NCBI GenBank assembly: GCA_964510515.1
Contig: CAZEAU010000010.1
Location: 9,586 to 73,585 of the forward strand
Length of the DNA: 64,000 nt
From: an uncultured Actinomycetota bacterium
GTDB taxonomy: Bacteria > Actinomycetota > Geothermincolia > Geothermincolales > RBG-13-55-18
Direction of reading: 5' to 3'
Shown piece after piece: positions 28,779 to 37,685 of the stretch. The translations under genes and the position numbers were made by a program. The notes under the pieces were generated by a model. That model was not told the DNA's origin and searched no databases. It was given only the letters and a program-made list of their open reading frames with translations. Every line of letters starts with the position of its first letter. Position 1 is the first letter of the stretch.

Positions 28779-30233
28779 ATGCCGGCCATGAAGGTCGTGG
28801 TCATCGGGTCCGGCCCGGGAGGGTCCGCGTGCGCGGCCCTCCTGGCGCATGCGGGCCACGAGGTCACGCTGCTGGAGAGAAACCCGTTTGCGGGAGGGAA
28901 ATGCTCCTCCCTGGCCCGCGGCGGCTACGCGCTCGACGGCGGCGTGCACATGTTCGGTCGCGGGCCGCGGGGCCCCTTTGGCGACATCGCCCGCATCCTC
29001 GGGGAGGGCCCGGAATGGTGCGCGACCACTCCCTCCTTCACCCTCAGCCTGTCGGGAAAGGGCCGGCTGGAGATGGCCTCCTCCATCCTCCATCCTCTCA
29101 ACGCGTTCAGCTTCCTCAAGGGGCGCCTCAGGGGATGGCAGAACATGGGCTGGGCGGCCACGGCCGCCCACGCCATGCGCTCTTTTGGGCCCGCCGCCCT
29201 GCTCTCCCTGCACAGGAAGCTCAACCACCGCCGCTATCCCCTCTACGGCGAGCTCCAGGACGTGAGCGTGCGGGATTTCATGCTGCGGGTCTCCGGCGCC
29301 GACGACTTTTTGCGCGCCTTCCACGCCCAGGCCATGCTGACCATGGCGCTCCCCTGGCACCGCGCCAGCATGGGCGAATTCGCCTATATCCTCGGCACCA
29401 CCATGCACGCATCCTATCTCTGCTATCCGCGCGGGGGGTGCGGAGCCATACCCGCATCCTTTTTGCGCGCGCTGGCCGGCAGGGGGGGCGTTGTCCGCCT
29501 TGGCTGCGAGGCGGCGAGGATAGAGGTCGAGGGGGGAGGGGTGCGGGGCGTCATCACCTGCGGGGGGGAGCACCTCCCCGCCGACGTGGTGGTCTCCAAT
29601 GCCGGGCTGCGCCGCAGCATCGAACTTGCCGGCCGGGACGCCTTTCCGCGCGATTACCTGGAGAGGGCGGACGCCATGCGCGACTCCGAGGCCTTCGTCG
29701 CCCTGAGGTTCACCCTGGAGCGCAAGCTCTCCTCCCTGCGCACCCCCTGCCTGCTGCACATGCCCTCCCTGCCCCCGCAGAGCATGTTCGACTACCTCGA
29801 GGACGGCAGCGTGCCCGAAGACCTCTTCCTGTTCGTCACCGCCCCCGGCAAATGGGACCCCGCCCTGGTCCCGCCGGGAGGGGACAGCCTCATCGTCGGG
29901 GTCCCCGCGCCCAGCCGGCTCGACCGCGGGGCGCAGTGCGCGGCGCTTCTGCACAGGGCGCAGGATATCGCCCTGGACCTCTTCCCCGAGATCGCCTCCT
30001 CGGCCTCGGGGGTGGAGAGAGTCCTCGGGGCCGACATCTCCGCTCTCAGCGGCAGGAACTCGGGCGACTGTATCGGCCTGGCCCAGGAGGTTGGACAGAG
30101 CGGCCGCCTGCGCCCCGCGGCGGACACTCCGCTGCGCGGACTGTACCTGGTGGGCGCGGATGCCGGCGGCCGTGGCATCGGCACCGAGATGGCTGCGGAC
30201 AGCGCGCTGCGCCTTTACCACCTGCTGAAATGA
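28779..30233 (+). CDS. FAD/NAD(P)-dependent oxidoreductase, phytoene-desaturase (CrtI)-like family
   Basis: Rossmann start VVVIGSGPGGSACAALLAHAGHEVTLLERNPFAGGKCSS and length 484 aa are typical of CrtI/retinol-saturase-like flavoproteins. GGGAGGGAG RBS. Confidence 0.7.
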   Translation: MPAMKVVVIGSGPGGSACAALLAHAGHEVTLLERNPFAGGKCSSLARGGYALDGGVHMFGRGPRGPFGDIARILGEGPEWCATTPSFTLSLSGKGRLEMASSILHPLNAFSFLKGRLRGWQNMGWAATAAHAMRSFGPAALLSLHRKLNHRRYPLYGELQDVSVRDFMLRVSGADDFLRAFHAQAMLTMALPWHRASMGEFAYILGTTMHASYLCYPRGGCGAIPASFLRALAGRGGVVRLGCEAARIEVEGGGVRGVITCGGEHLPADVVVSNAGLRRSIELAGRDAFPRDYLERADAMRDSEAFVALRFTLERKLSSLRTPCLLHMPSLPPQSMFDYLEDGSVPEDLFLFVTAPGKWDPALVPPGGDSLIVGVPAPSRLDRGAQCAALLHRAQDIALDLFPEIASSASGVERVLGADISALSGRNSGDCIGLAQEVGQSGRLRPAADTPLRGLYLVGADAGGRGIGTEMAADSALRLYHLLK

Positions 30234-30387
30234 GCCGATCCGGGCCCCCCTCCGCCCTTCGCGGGGACGCGGCCGCAGCCCGCCCGCTGACCGCGCCCCC
30301 CGCGCCCCCTTGCCCACCGCGCGGGGATGAACATAGAATCATACCCAGTGGCTGGCAAGGTCGGATTCTCTACGGAGGTATGCCTGC

Positions 30388-31110
30388 ATGGGTCTCTTCG
30401 ATCAGCCCCTGGCAGAGATCAGGGCCCGCATAGAGGGCTGGTACCGCGATGGGACGGCGAGGGAACTGCCCTTCACCCCGGTGCTGCCCCACGCGGGTGA
30501 TGCCCAGGTCATATTGAGCGAGGATACCGGCCTGGAGTTGGGGAACCCGGGCACGGCCTCGCGCTCACTGCTGCTTTGGGATGCGGAGGAAACCCTGCAT
30601 GACGGGCGCATCACCCTGGTGGGGCCCGATTTCACGCAGGCTCCCTCCTCCAGCCTGCCCTTCGCACAGGTGATCATAGTGAGCGGGGATTTCAGCGACG
30701 AGTACGACTGCTACCGCGACCTGCGTGATGCCATCTACAACGTGCGGCTGCGGGGCTTCATGACCCGCGTCTTTCCGGGGCGGCAGTCCATATGGTGCCG
30801 CATAAGCAGGGAGGCGCTGGCCGGCGGCTTCAGCGCTCAGCTCCTGGGCAGCGCCCTCATGCAGTCCCTCAAGGGACTCGACTTCGTGCGCGGCGTCGAG
30901 GTGCTCTTCGTCACCGCGGGCAAGGAAGAGGTGGACGGGCTCGCGAGCGCGGCGGACAAGGTCATGGACATCGTCGAAGCCCTGATCAAGATGTACGAGG
31001 AGATGAACTTCGACTGCGAGGAGTGCGAATACGTGGAAGTCTGTGACGAGGTGGTGGAATTGAGGCGTATACGCGAAAAGCTCCAGGCGAAGCGGGAAGG
31101 CGGCGGCTGA
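30388..31110 (+). CDS. hypothetical protein with C-terminal CxxCx5C motif, translationally coupled to the CooC-like ATPase
   Basis: 240 aa, no recognised family. C-terminus ...MNFDCEECEYVEVCDEVVEL. The stop lies 3 nt before the next start. Confidence 0.5.
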   Translation: MGLFDQPLAEIRARIEGWYRDGTARELPFTPVLPHAGDAQVILSEDTGLELGNPGTASRSLLLWDAEETLHDGRITLVGPDFTQAPSSSLPFAQVIIVSGDFSDEYDCYRDLRDAIYNVRLRGFMTRVFPGRQSIWCRISREALAGGFSAQLLGSALMQSLKGLDFVRGVEVLFVTAGKEEVDGLASAADKVMDIVEALIKMYEEMNFDCEECEYVEVCDEVVELRRIREKLQAKREGGG

Positions 31111-31113
31111 GCC

Positions 31114-31890
31114 ATGTCCGACGGGGATCGCGGCGGCGCGGGCAAGGTCATCGCCGTATGCGGCAAGGGCGGGGTCGGCAAGACGACCGTCTCCGCGCTG
31201 CTATCGCGCCTCCTGCGCGAGGAGCGGACCTCCCGGGCGCTGGTGGTCGACGCCGACCCGGCCATAGGGCTTGGTTTGGCCCTGAACCGTTTTCCCGAGC
31301 GCACGGTCAACGACGTCCGCAAGGAGATCATCACCGCGGTACGCGAGCGCTCCACCGACAGCCTGGACCTCGCCGCCTCCGTCGATTACAAGATGATGGA
31401 GATAGTCATGGACAGCGGGAACCTCGGCTTCCTCTCCGTGGGACGCCCCGAGGAGGAGGGTTGTTACTGCCAGCTCAACACCCTGCTCAGGGAGGCCATA
31501 GAGACCCTCTCCTCCCACTTCGACATCACCCTTATCGACGCGGAAGCCGGGGTGGAACAGGTGAACCGCCGCGTCATGCGCTCGGTTTCCCACCTGCTGC
31601 TGGTCAGCGATACCACCGTGAAAGCGCTGCGCGTCGCCGAGTCCATCGCCAAGGTGGCCGACGAGGCGGTCGATTACAGGCGTATCGGGCTCATCGTCAA
31701 CCGCGCCCGCGGCGGGGATGAGGCACGGCGCCTCGCCGCACAGGGGGAGCTGCCCTTGCTGGGCTGGATCCCGGAAGACGATACGGTGAGGGAATACGAC
31801 TCCGAGGCCCGGGGCTTTCTGGACATTCCCGCCTGCCCCGCCCTGGAAGCGGTGAGGGCGCAGATTCTCGAGGGCGGTTTCCTCTCCTAG
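31114..31890 (+). CDS. CooC/AcsF-type MinD-family P-loop ATPase (deviant Walker A, CxC metal motif)
   Basis: VIAVCGKGGVGKTT deviant Walker A and a conserved GCYC motif as in CO-dehydrogenase nickel-insertion ATPase CooC. 258 aa. Confidence 0.7.
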   Translation: MSDGDRGGAGKVIAVCGKGGVGKTTVSALLSRLLREERTSRALVVDADPAIGLGLALNRFPERTVNDVRKEIITAVRERSTDSLDLAASVDYKMMEIVMDSGNLGFLSVGRPEEEGCYCQLNTLLREAIETLSSHFDITLIDAEAGVEQVNRRVMRSVSHLLLVSDTTVKALRVAESIAKVADEAVDYRRIGLIVNRARGGDEARRLAAQGELPLLGWIPEDDTVREYDSEARGFLDIPACPALEAVRAQILEGGFLS

Positions 31891-31913
31891 GTGCCCGCGG
31901 CGGCCCGGGCGCG

Positions 31914-33749
31914 CTATCCCCCCCCGAGCCCCTCCAGCTCCATCTCGCGCAGGATCCTCTTGTTCACCTTGAAGACCTCGGTGAGCGGCATCTCGTCCAT
32001 GAAGATGATCGCCTTGGGCAGCGCGTACTTGGCCACCCTTCCCCGCAAATAGGTAAGGTAGTCCTCCTCGCTCACCCTCCCCTTGTATTCCTCCTTGAGC
32101 TGGATGAAGATCTTGATGCGCTCGCTGCCCTCCCTCTCGGGGTCGGGAACGCCGATGGCGGCGGCTACCTCCGTCGCCTCGTGGTCGTAGAGGATATCAT
32201 CGACCTCCCTGGTATAGACCTTGTAGCCGGAGACGATGACCATGTCCTTGGTGCGGTCCACGATGGAGAAATACCCGTTCTCGTCCATCTTGACCACGTC
32301 GCCGGTATGCACGAAGCCCTCGTCGTCAAGCCCCTTGCCCGGCTCCGGCCAGTACCCCAGCATGCGCTGGGGGCCGGAGAGCAGCATCTCCCCGAGCTTG
32401 CCCTCGGCTATCATCTCCCCAAACGGGACCGGAGCCCCCGAGTCCACCTCCACCACCTTGACCACGGTGTCCGGCACGGGGATGCCGATGGTGGCGCGCT
32501 TCTCCTCGCCCTTGATGCCGGAGCGCTTGCGGTTGTAGTCGGAGATCATGCCGAGGATGGTCAAGAACACCTTGCCGTAGAGCTTCGGCCCCAGCAGGCG
32601 CGCCTGCGCGTTCATGAAGGCCCGGCTTAAGGGGTTGAAGAGCAGCGCGTTCATGACCGGGACCATTTTGCGCCCGCCCATGGCGCGTATATTGGCGGAG
32701 ACGTTGAAGTGCGTGACCGGCGAGAGCTCGGAGAGGCCGTAGCCCTCGGACACGAACGTCTTGCTCTCCTGCTCGAACTTCTCCTGCACGTTGGGAGGGA
32801 GGGCCGCGGACCCCGAGATGCCGATGACCCGCGTGGCCTTGATGTCCTCCTCGAGCAGCTTCATGAACTGGGTGGGCACGCCGAACTGCAGCACCGGGTT
32901 GTGCTCGTGTATCATGCGCAGCATCCCCTTGGTATCGCGGGGGTCGGTGACGACGAGCAGCTTGTAGGCGCCGCTGATCATGGTGTGCATGATGCAGTGC
33001 CCGTAGCTGTGGAAGAAGGGCAGGCCGATGAGCACGGAGGTGTTGCCCTCGAGTATCTTGACGATGGGGCCGAAGACGGCGGGGTTCTGCAGGGCGTTGG
33101 CCACGATGTTGCGGTGGGTGAGCATGCACCCCTTGGGGAGCCCGGTGGTGCCCCCGGTGAAGAGCAGGGTCTCCAGGTCGCGGGAGGGGTCGAGGTCGAT
33201 GCGCGGGGCCCCGGGCTCGGCCTGGGCGATGATGTCGCTCAACCACATGGCGTCGGGCAATTCCTCGTGCCGGGGCGGCCGGTCGGAATAGTCCTCCACC
33301 CTGGTGACGATGATGTTCGGCTCGGCCATGTATTCGCGCAGCGATTCCGCCAGCGGAAGGTTCTCCTCCAGGCAGATGAGCGCCTCGGGCGTGCATTCCC
33401 GAAACTTGTGGGAAAGGGTGTCCAGGGGCTCGAGGAAGCTGCACGGCACGTGCACCGCGCCGGCCTTGGATATCCCGGCGTCAGCGATGATGAACTGCAC
33501 CGAGGTGGGCAGCAGGGTGGCCACCCTGCTGCCCTTCGTCACCCCCATGGAAGCCAGGGCGTTGGCCAGCCTTTCGGCATGGTCCTTGACCTCGGGATAG
33601 GAGATCTCCATGCCCAGTTGCACGCAGCCCATGCGCGGTTTCTCCTTCGCCGCCCGGTCCAGAAGGTAATGGCTGGGCTGGTGCGGATAAGGCTGTAGAG
33701 AACGCGGGATTCCGACGATCTTGTACTCCTTGAACCAGGGATAATCCAT
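31914..33749 (-). CDS. AMP-dependent acyl-CoA synthetase / long-chain fatty-acid--CoA ligase
   Basis: AMP-binding signature FTGGTTGLPKGCMLTHRNI, 611 aa from MDYPWFKEY. The first 35 codons of track ORF 31914..33854 look spurious. Confidence 0.8.
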   Translation of the reverse strand: MDYPWFKEYKIVGIPRSLQPYPHQPSHYLLDRAAKEKPRMGCVQLGMEISYPEVKDHAERLANALASMGVTKGSRVATLLPTSVQFIIADAGISKAGAVHVPCSFLEPLDTLSHKFRECTPEALICLEENLPLAESLREYMAEPNIIVTRVEDYSDRPPRHEELPDAMWLSDIIAQAEPGAPRIDLDPSRDLETLLFTGGTTGLPKGCMLTHRNIVANALQNPAVFGPIVKILEGNTSVLIGLPFFHSYGHCIMHTMISGAYKLLVVTDPRDTKGMLRMIHEHNPVLQFGVPTQFMKLLEEDIKATRVIGISGSAALPPNVQEKFEQESKTFVSEGYGLSELSPVTHFNVSANIRAMGGRKMVPVMNALLFNPLSRAFMNAQARLLGPKLYGKVFLTILGMISDYNRKRSGIKGEEKRATIGIPVPDTVVKVVEVDSGAPVPFGEMIAEGKLGEMLLSGPQRMLGYWPEPGKGLDDEGFVHTGDVVKMDENGYFSIVDRTKDMVIVSGYKVYTREVDDILYDHEATEVAAAIGVPDPEREGSERIKIFIQLKEEYKGRVSEEDYLTYLRGRVAKYALPKAIIFMDEMPLTEVFKVNKRILREMELEGLGGG

Positions 33750-34044
33750 GGACCCAACCCCCTTCTGCCGCTGGCCTTGGACCGATTTCGCCGAGACATA
33801 TATTATACCGCAATTGCATGTCTCGGATATAAGCGCAACGCGAAAATGGAGCACCGCAGACGCTCCGGCGCGGCGCCCTGCCGGTATGCGGCGGGCTTGG
33901 CCTGCCGCCTGGGAGCGGTGCCCTCAAGCCGCGAGCGGCGCGCAAGCGTCACGCCTTCCCGCCGCGGCCATGCGGGCAATATGGCGCAAGGGGGGAAGGG
34001 GCCGGGGTCGCCCGGCCCCTGCAGATATCCTGGCCCGGGGCGCC

Positions 34045-34527
34045 CTAGAGGACGCCGCCGATCCTCCCGATCTGGATGTGCACCTCTCCGTCCTCGTCGC
34101 TCACGGTCACGGTGACGATGGAGCCGTCGTCCATCTCCTTCATCCAGGTGGCCTCCCTGGCGGTCTCTTCCACGATGAGCGGGTCTCCCATCTTGCCATT
34201 GTAGAAGTCGACCACCTTGTCGAAGCCGTGCGTGGTGATAAACACCGCTCCCGCGGTCGTGAACTCGCCCTCGGGGCCGCTTCCCGACACCATGGCTCCG
34301 CTTCCCGGCACGAGTTCGGCGCCGGGGTAGATCGGGGCTCCCAGCTCTTTCTCGCTGGGGACCTTTTCGGAGTAATTGTAGCTGACGTCACCCTCCTCGG
34401 TCTTGTAGGTGACGGTGCCGCCGTCTTCCTCCACCTTCACCTCGCCAAGCGGGGTCTCAACCGTCTCTTTGTCGCCGCACCCGGCGCTCACGGCCAGGGC
34501 GAACGCCATGCTCAGCAGCAGCATCAT
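34045..34527 (-). CDS. hypothetical lipoprotein
   Basis: Signal peptide plus lipobox MMLLLSMAFALAVSAGC, then an acidic Thr/Glu-rich mature region. No family recognised. Confidence 0.45.
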   Translation of the reverse strand: MMLLLSMAFALAVSAGCGDKETVETPLGEVKVEEDGGTVTYKTEEGDVSYNYSEKVPSEKELGAPIYPGAELVPGSGAMVSGSGPEGEFTTAGAVFITTHGFDKVVDFYNGKMGDPLIVEETAREATWMKEMDDGSIVTVTVSDEDGEVHIQIGRIGGVL

Positions 34528-34621
34528 GACCAGTGCTTTCCTCAACTCTCTCCCTCCCTTCCTCGTTCCGGCTGCGTCTTGCGGGTCCATCCCGCACACA
34601 ACTTTCTCCCGTTACGCGATT

Positions 34622-34896
34622 ATTATACCCACGCGTGCGAGGTTGCAGCAGCCAAGCCCGCTCCCCCTGCTTCAGCTCCGCTATTATGCCCGCGCGTGCG
34701 GGGATGCAGCGCGGAGGAGCTCTTCGAGTGAGAGGCCCTGATGCCTTTATACCCACGCGTGCGGGGGTACAGCGTCGACCAGGCCCCAGAATGGCGGCCC
34801 TGGTGAATTATACCCACGCGGGCGGGGGTGCAGCTACGCGCAGGCAGTCTTGGATGCGAGGCAGGATATTATGCCCGCGCGGGCGGGGGTGCAGCG
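34622..34896 (+). CRISPR. orphan, degenerate type I-E-like CRISPR array (5 repeats of 28-29 nt, 4 spacers of 32-35 nt, period 61-63)
   Basis: Repeats at 34622, 34683, 34746, 34807 and 34868 follow ATTAT(A/G)CCC(A/G)CGCG(T/G)GCGGGG(A/G)T(G/A)CAGC. The consensus resembles the I-E repeat CCCCACGCGTGTGGGGATGGACCG. The leftmost copy is most degenerate. There are no cas genes in the window. Confidence 0.7.
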
Positions 34897-35052
34897 GTCC
34901 GGGAGCGCCGCTTCCACGCTTCCGGGCGCTCTTTCGCTTCCTTCAGGCCCAACCTCACGATTGAGCCCTTGCGCTTCGCCGCTCCCTCGCCTCCGCCGGG
35001 TTGGACAGGGGATTCTCACCCCCGGGCCGCCCGGCATGCCCGGCACGGCAAG

Positions 35053-35077
35053 AAAAAAACAGGGCCTTGCGGCCCTG
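35053..35077 (-). terminator. Rho-independent terminator downstream of tRNA-Ala
   Basis: Minus strand reads CAGGGCCGCAAGGCCCTG followed by TTTTTTT. Confidence 0.6.
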
Positions 35078-35084
35078 TTTATAT

Positions 35085-35161
35085 TGGTGGAGCCGATGGG
35101 ACTCGAACCCACGACCTCTACCATGCCAAGGTAGCGCTCTCCCAAGCTGAGCTACGGCCCC
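35085..35161 (-). tRNA. tRNA-Ala (anticodon GGC), CCA encoded
   Basis: The reverse complement GGGGCCGTAGCTCAGCTTGGGAGAGCGCTACCTTGGCATGGTAGAGGTCGTGGGTTCGAGTCCCATCGGCTCCACCA folds as a cloverleaf. G3:U70 identity pair; anticodon loop TTGGCAT. Confidence 0.9.
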
Positions 35162-35230
35162 TCGAAGACACCTTAAGCAGTATAAGGACTGGCGAATACA
35201 GCGTCAACGGCACGGAAGGCCGCGCGGCGC

Positions 35231-35671
35231 TCATATGCGCACGGCACCCTGGGGGTCCTCCAGCGCGTCCACGCAGGGCGCGTCCTTCCATAGCCTCTCT
35301 ATCTCGTAGTATTCGCGCTCTTCCTGGCGAAATATGTGCACGACGACGTCGATGTAGTCGAGCAGCACCCAGCGCCTGTGCTGCACGCCCTCGCGGCGGG
35401 CGGGCTTGACCCCCAGCGCGGCCAGCCGCTCCTCCACCGCCTCCTGTATGCTCCTCACCTGCCGGTCGGTGCCTCCGCTGCAGATGACGAAATAATCGGT
35501 TATGGCCATTACATCCCTCATATCGAGCACCAGGACATCGTGTGCTTTTTTGTCCAAAGCGACCTCAGCCGCCGCGATGGCGATCTTCCTGTTTTCCGCC
35601 GTTATGCACCTCCCATGACCTCCGCGTCCGTTTCGCCTGCGGGCGCGTCTTCGCGCGCATGACGTCCACAT
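35231..35671 (-). CDS. rsfS: ribosomal silencing factor RsfS (Iojap family)
   Basis: NRKIAIAAAEVALDKKAHDVLVLDMRDVMAITDYFVICSGGTDRQVRSI... matches RsfS. Start ambiguous: ATG at 35671, or GTG at 35698 adjacent to AGGAGG. Confidence 0.8.
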   Translation of the reverse strand: MWTSCARRRARRRNGRGGHGRCITAENRKIAIAAAEVALDKKAHDVLVLDMRDVMAITDYFVICSGGTDRQVRSIQEAVEERLAALGVKPARREGVQHRRWVLLDYIDVVVHIFRQEEREYYEIERLWKDAPCVDALEDPQGAVRI

Positions 35672-35768
35672 GCATAGACTATCATATCTCGCCCCCACCC
35701 TCCTGCTCCGCGCTCATCAGGCCAGGTCCCGGCCGGCGACGATGATTATCTGCGCTGCTCCGCGCTCA

Positions 35769-37061
35769 TCAGACCAGGTCCCGGCCGGCGACGATGATTA
35801 TCTGCGGCCCCGGGCCCGGCTCCGAGACCAGCTCGGCGATGGAGAGCAGCACCCCCAGGTAACGCGCGAAGGCCTCCGTCCTGGGGTCCTGGCTGCGGTA
35901 CTTTATGGTGCTCTTCTCGTGCGAGAAATCGTTGATCTCCTCTCCGTCCACGCTTATCTTGGCATTGCCGCCCGTGCCCGCCACCGGCACCCCCAGGGCG
36001 GCGAGGCGGTCGCCCAGCATCCTCCCCAGGTCGGGGACCCCGCAGCCGTTGAGCACCTCCACCGCGGGGACGGCCTTCACCGCCAGCCTGCCCTCCCCGA
36101 GGTCGGCGAAGGAGCGCAGCATGGACGCCAGGTAGTCCGCATCCCCCCGCGCCGAGCCGGCGCCCGGCTCGAGGCGGTACCCCCCGTCCAGCGCGGAGAG
36201 CACCACCGCCAGTGCTTCCGCCTCCACCTGCCCGCACGCGGAGAGAAAATCCGGCAGGTAAGCTTTCGTGCGCGCCAGCCGCGAGGAGAAGGACGCCCCT
36301 GCCTCGGGCTCGTCGCCGGCGAGCAGGTAGAGGATGAGCCTGTCGGCGTCCCTTATCTCCTGGCCCGAGAAGAGGAAGTCCGTCTCGCCGTTGAGGGGGC
36401 TTACGAGCACCGTTTCCTCCTCAAGGAGCACCGCCGGCGGCAACGTGCCCTGCAGCAGCTTGAGCGCCCCCCGGAAGTCAAGCAGCAGCAGGTAGTCGAC
36501 TTGCGTGCCCGCGAGATTGCTCACCGTGGAGCGCAGCAGGTCCTCGCCGCCTTCCTCGTACAGGGCGCGGCTGAGGTCGGTCTCTCCGCCCTCGGCATTG
36601 TAGGCCGCCGAGGTCTCCGGTATGAGATAGAGCTCGCCCCCACCCCCCTCGCGGTCGAAGGTCAGCAGCGCCAGGGCAAGGATGTCCCGCGCGGGCTCGC
36701 CCTTTACCTCGCCCGCGTACACCCCCAGCAGGATCGAGACCTCCCCCCCGAGCTCTCTCGCCTCCTGGGGATGGGTGAAGTACAGGTAAGCGGGCCCGCC
36801 CTCCTCCCCCACTCCCCCGGAGGCAAAACGTCCCTTCGCCCAGGTTGCGGCCTCGCGCACCACGTTGATATACGGAATGTCGAATACGGCCCCCGCGGCC
36901 AGCACGCACGCCAGCAGCAGCAGTATCGCCAAAACGATGCGGCGCTTCTTCCTCGCTTCCCTGCTCCGCCTCTTTTTCAAGCGCGAGAGCTTCTGCTTGT
37001 GCGAGGAAGGGGCCGCCGCCTCAGCGGGCCTATCCCCCTCGGCCGTTTTCTTTCCCCTCAA
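35769..37061 (-). CDS. LCP (LytR-CpsA-Psr) family cell-envelope protein with C-terminal LytR_C domain
   Basis: Basic cytoplasmic N-terminus and single TM, then the LCP core (...YLLLLDFRGALKLL...) and a C-terminal LytR_C-like region. The start overlaps the nadD stop (ATGA). Confidence 0.75.
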   Translation of the reverse strand: MRGKKTAEGDRPAEAAAPSSHKQKLSRLKKRRSREARKKRRIVLAILLLLACVLAAGAVFDIPYINVVREAATWAKGRFASGGVGEEGGPAYLYFTHPQEARELGGEVSILLGVYAGEVKGEPARDILALALLTFDREGGGGELYLIPETSAAYNAEGGETDLSRALYEEGGEDLLRSTVSNLAGTQVDYLLLLDFRGALKLLQGTLPPAVLLEEETVLVSPLNGETDFLFSGQEIRDADRLILYLLAGDEPEAGASFSSRLARTKAYLPDFLSACGQVEAEALAVVLSALDGGYRLEPGAGSARGDADYLASMLRSFADLGEGRLAVKAVPAVEVLNGCGVPDLGRMLGDRLAALGVPVAGTGGNAKISVDGEEINDFSHEKSTIKYRSQDPRTEAFARYLGVLLSIAELVSEPGPGPQIIIVAGRDLV

Positions 37062-37684
37062 AGGTAGAACCCGTTCTTCTCGATGAACGCCGCGACGCCC
37101 TCGGGGACCAGGTAGGTGATGGTCCTCCCCTCCTTCACCCGCGCCCTTATCTCCGTCGAGGAGACCTCCAGGGCGGGGATGTCCATCACCAGCACCCGGG
37201 GGGGCGCCCCTCCCCCGCCCGCGGCGGGGGGCAGGGCTCCTTCAAGGTCCGCGAGGTCGTAGCCCGGGCGGTTGGCCACGATAAAGACCGCCTCTCCCAG
37301 CAGCTCTTCCGGTTCTTTCCAGGAGAGTATCTCCAGCACGGCATCGGCCCCGGCGATGAAGAAGACCTCGCTGCCATGGCCATAGAGGCGCCGCATCTCG
37401 CGCATGGTGTCCACGGTGTAGGAAAACCCCGGGCGCTCTATCTCCATGCGCGACACCCGGAAGCGCGGGTTGGCAGCGGTGGCGATGACCGCCATGAGAT
37501 AGCGGCTCTCGGGGTCCAGGCGCTCGCGTTCCTCCTTGTGGGGCGGGTTACCGCTGGGCACGAACAGCACCTGGTCGAGCTGGAACCGAGTGCGGGCCTC
37601 CTCCGCGATGACCAGGTGGCCGACGTGGATGGGATCGAAGGTGCCCCCCATGATCCCTATGCGTTTCACCCGCATCCCGCCCAT
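37058..37684 (-). CDS. nadD: nicotinate-nucleotide adenylyltransferase
   Basis: GIMGGTFDPIHVGHL (H/TxGH) motif, 208 aa. Confidence 0.9.
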   Translation of the reverse strand: MGGMRVKRIGIMGGTFDPIHVGHLVIAEEARTRFQLDQVLFVPSGNPPHKEERERLDPESRYLMAVIATAANPRFRVSRMEIERPGFSYTVDTMREMRRLYGHGSEVFFIAGADAVLEILSWKEPEELLGEAVFIVANRPGYDLADLEGALPPAAGGGGAPPRVLVMDIPALEVSSTEIRARVKEGRTITYLVPEGVAAFIEKNGFYL

Positions 37685-37685
37685 C

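Noticed and set aside
31114-31890. Concluding a carbon-monoxide dehydrogenase/acetyl-CoA synthase pathway from the CooC-like gene
   Set aside because: No cooS, acsB or corrinoid protein genes occur in the 64-kb window. The CooC-type ATPase family also contains members of unknown function, so only the family-level call is made.
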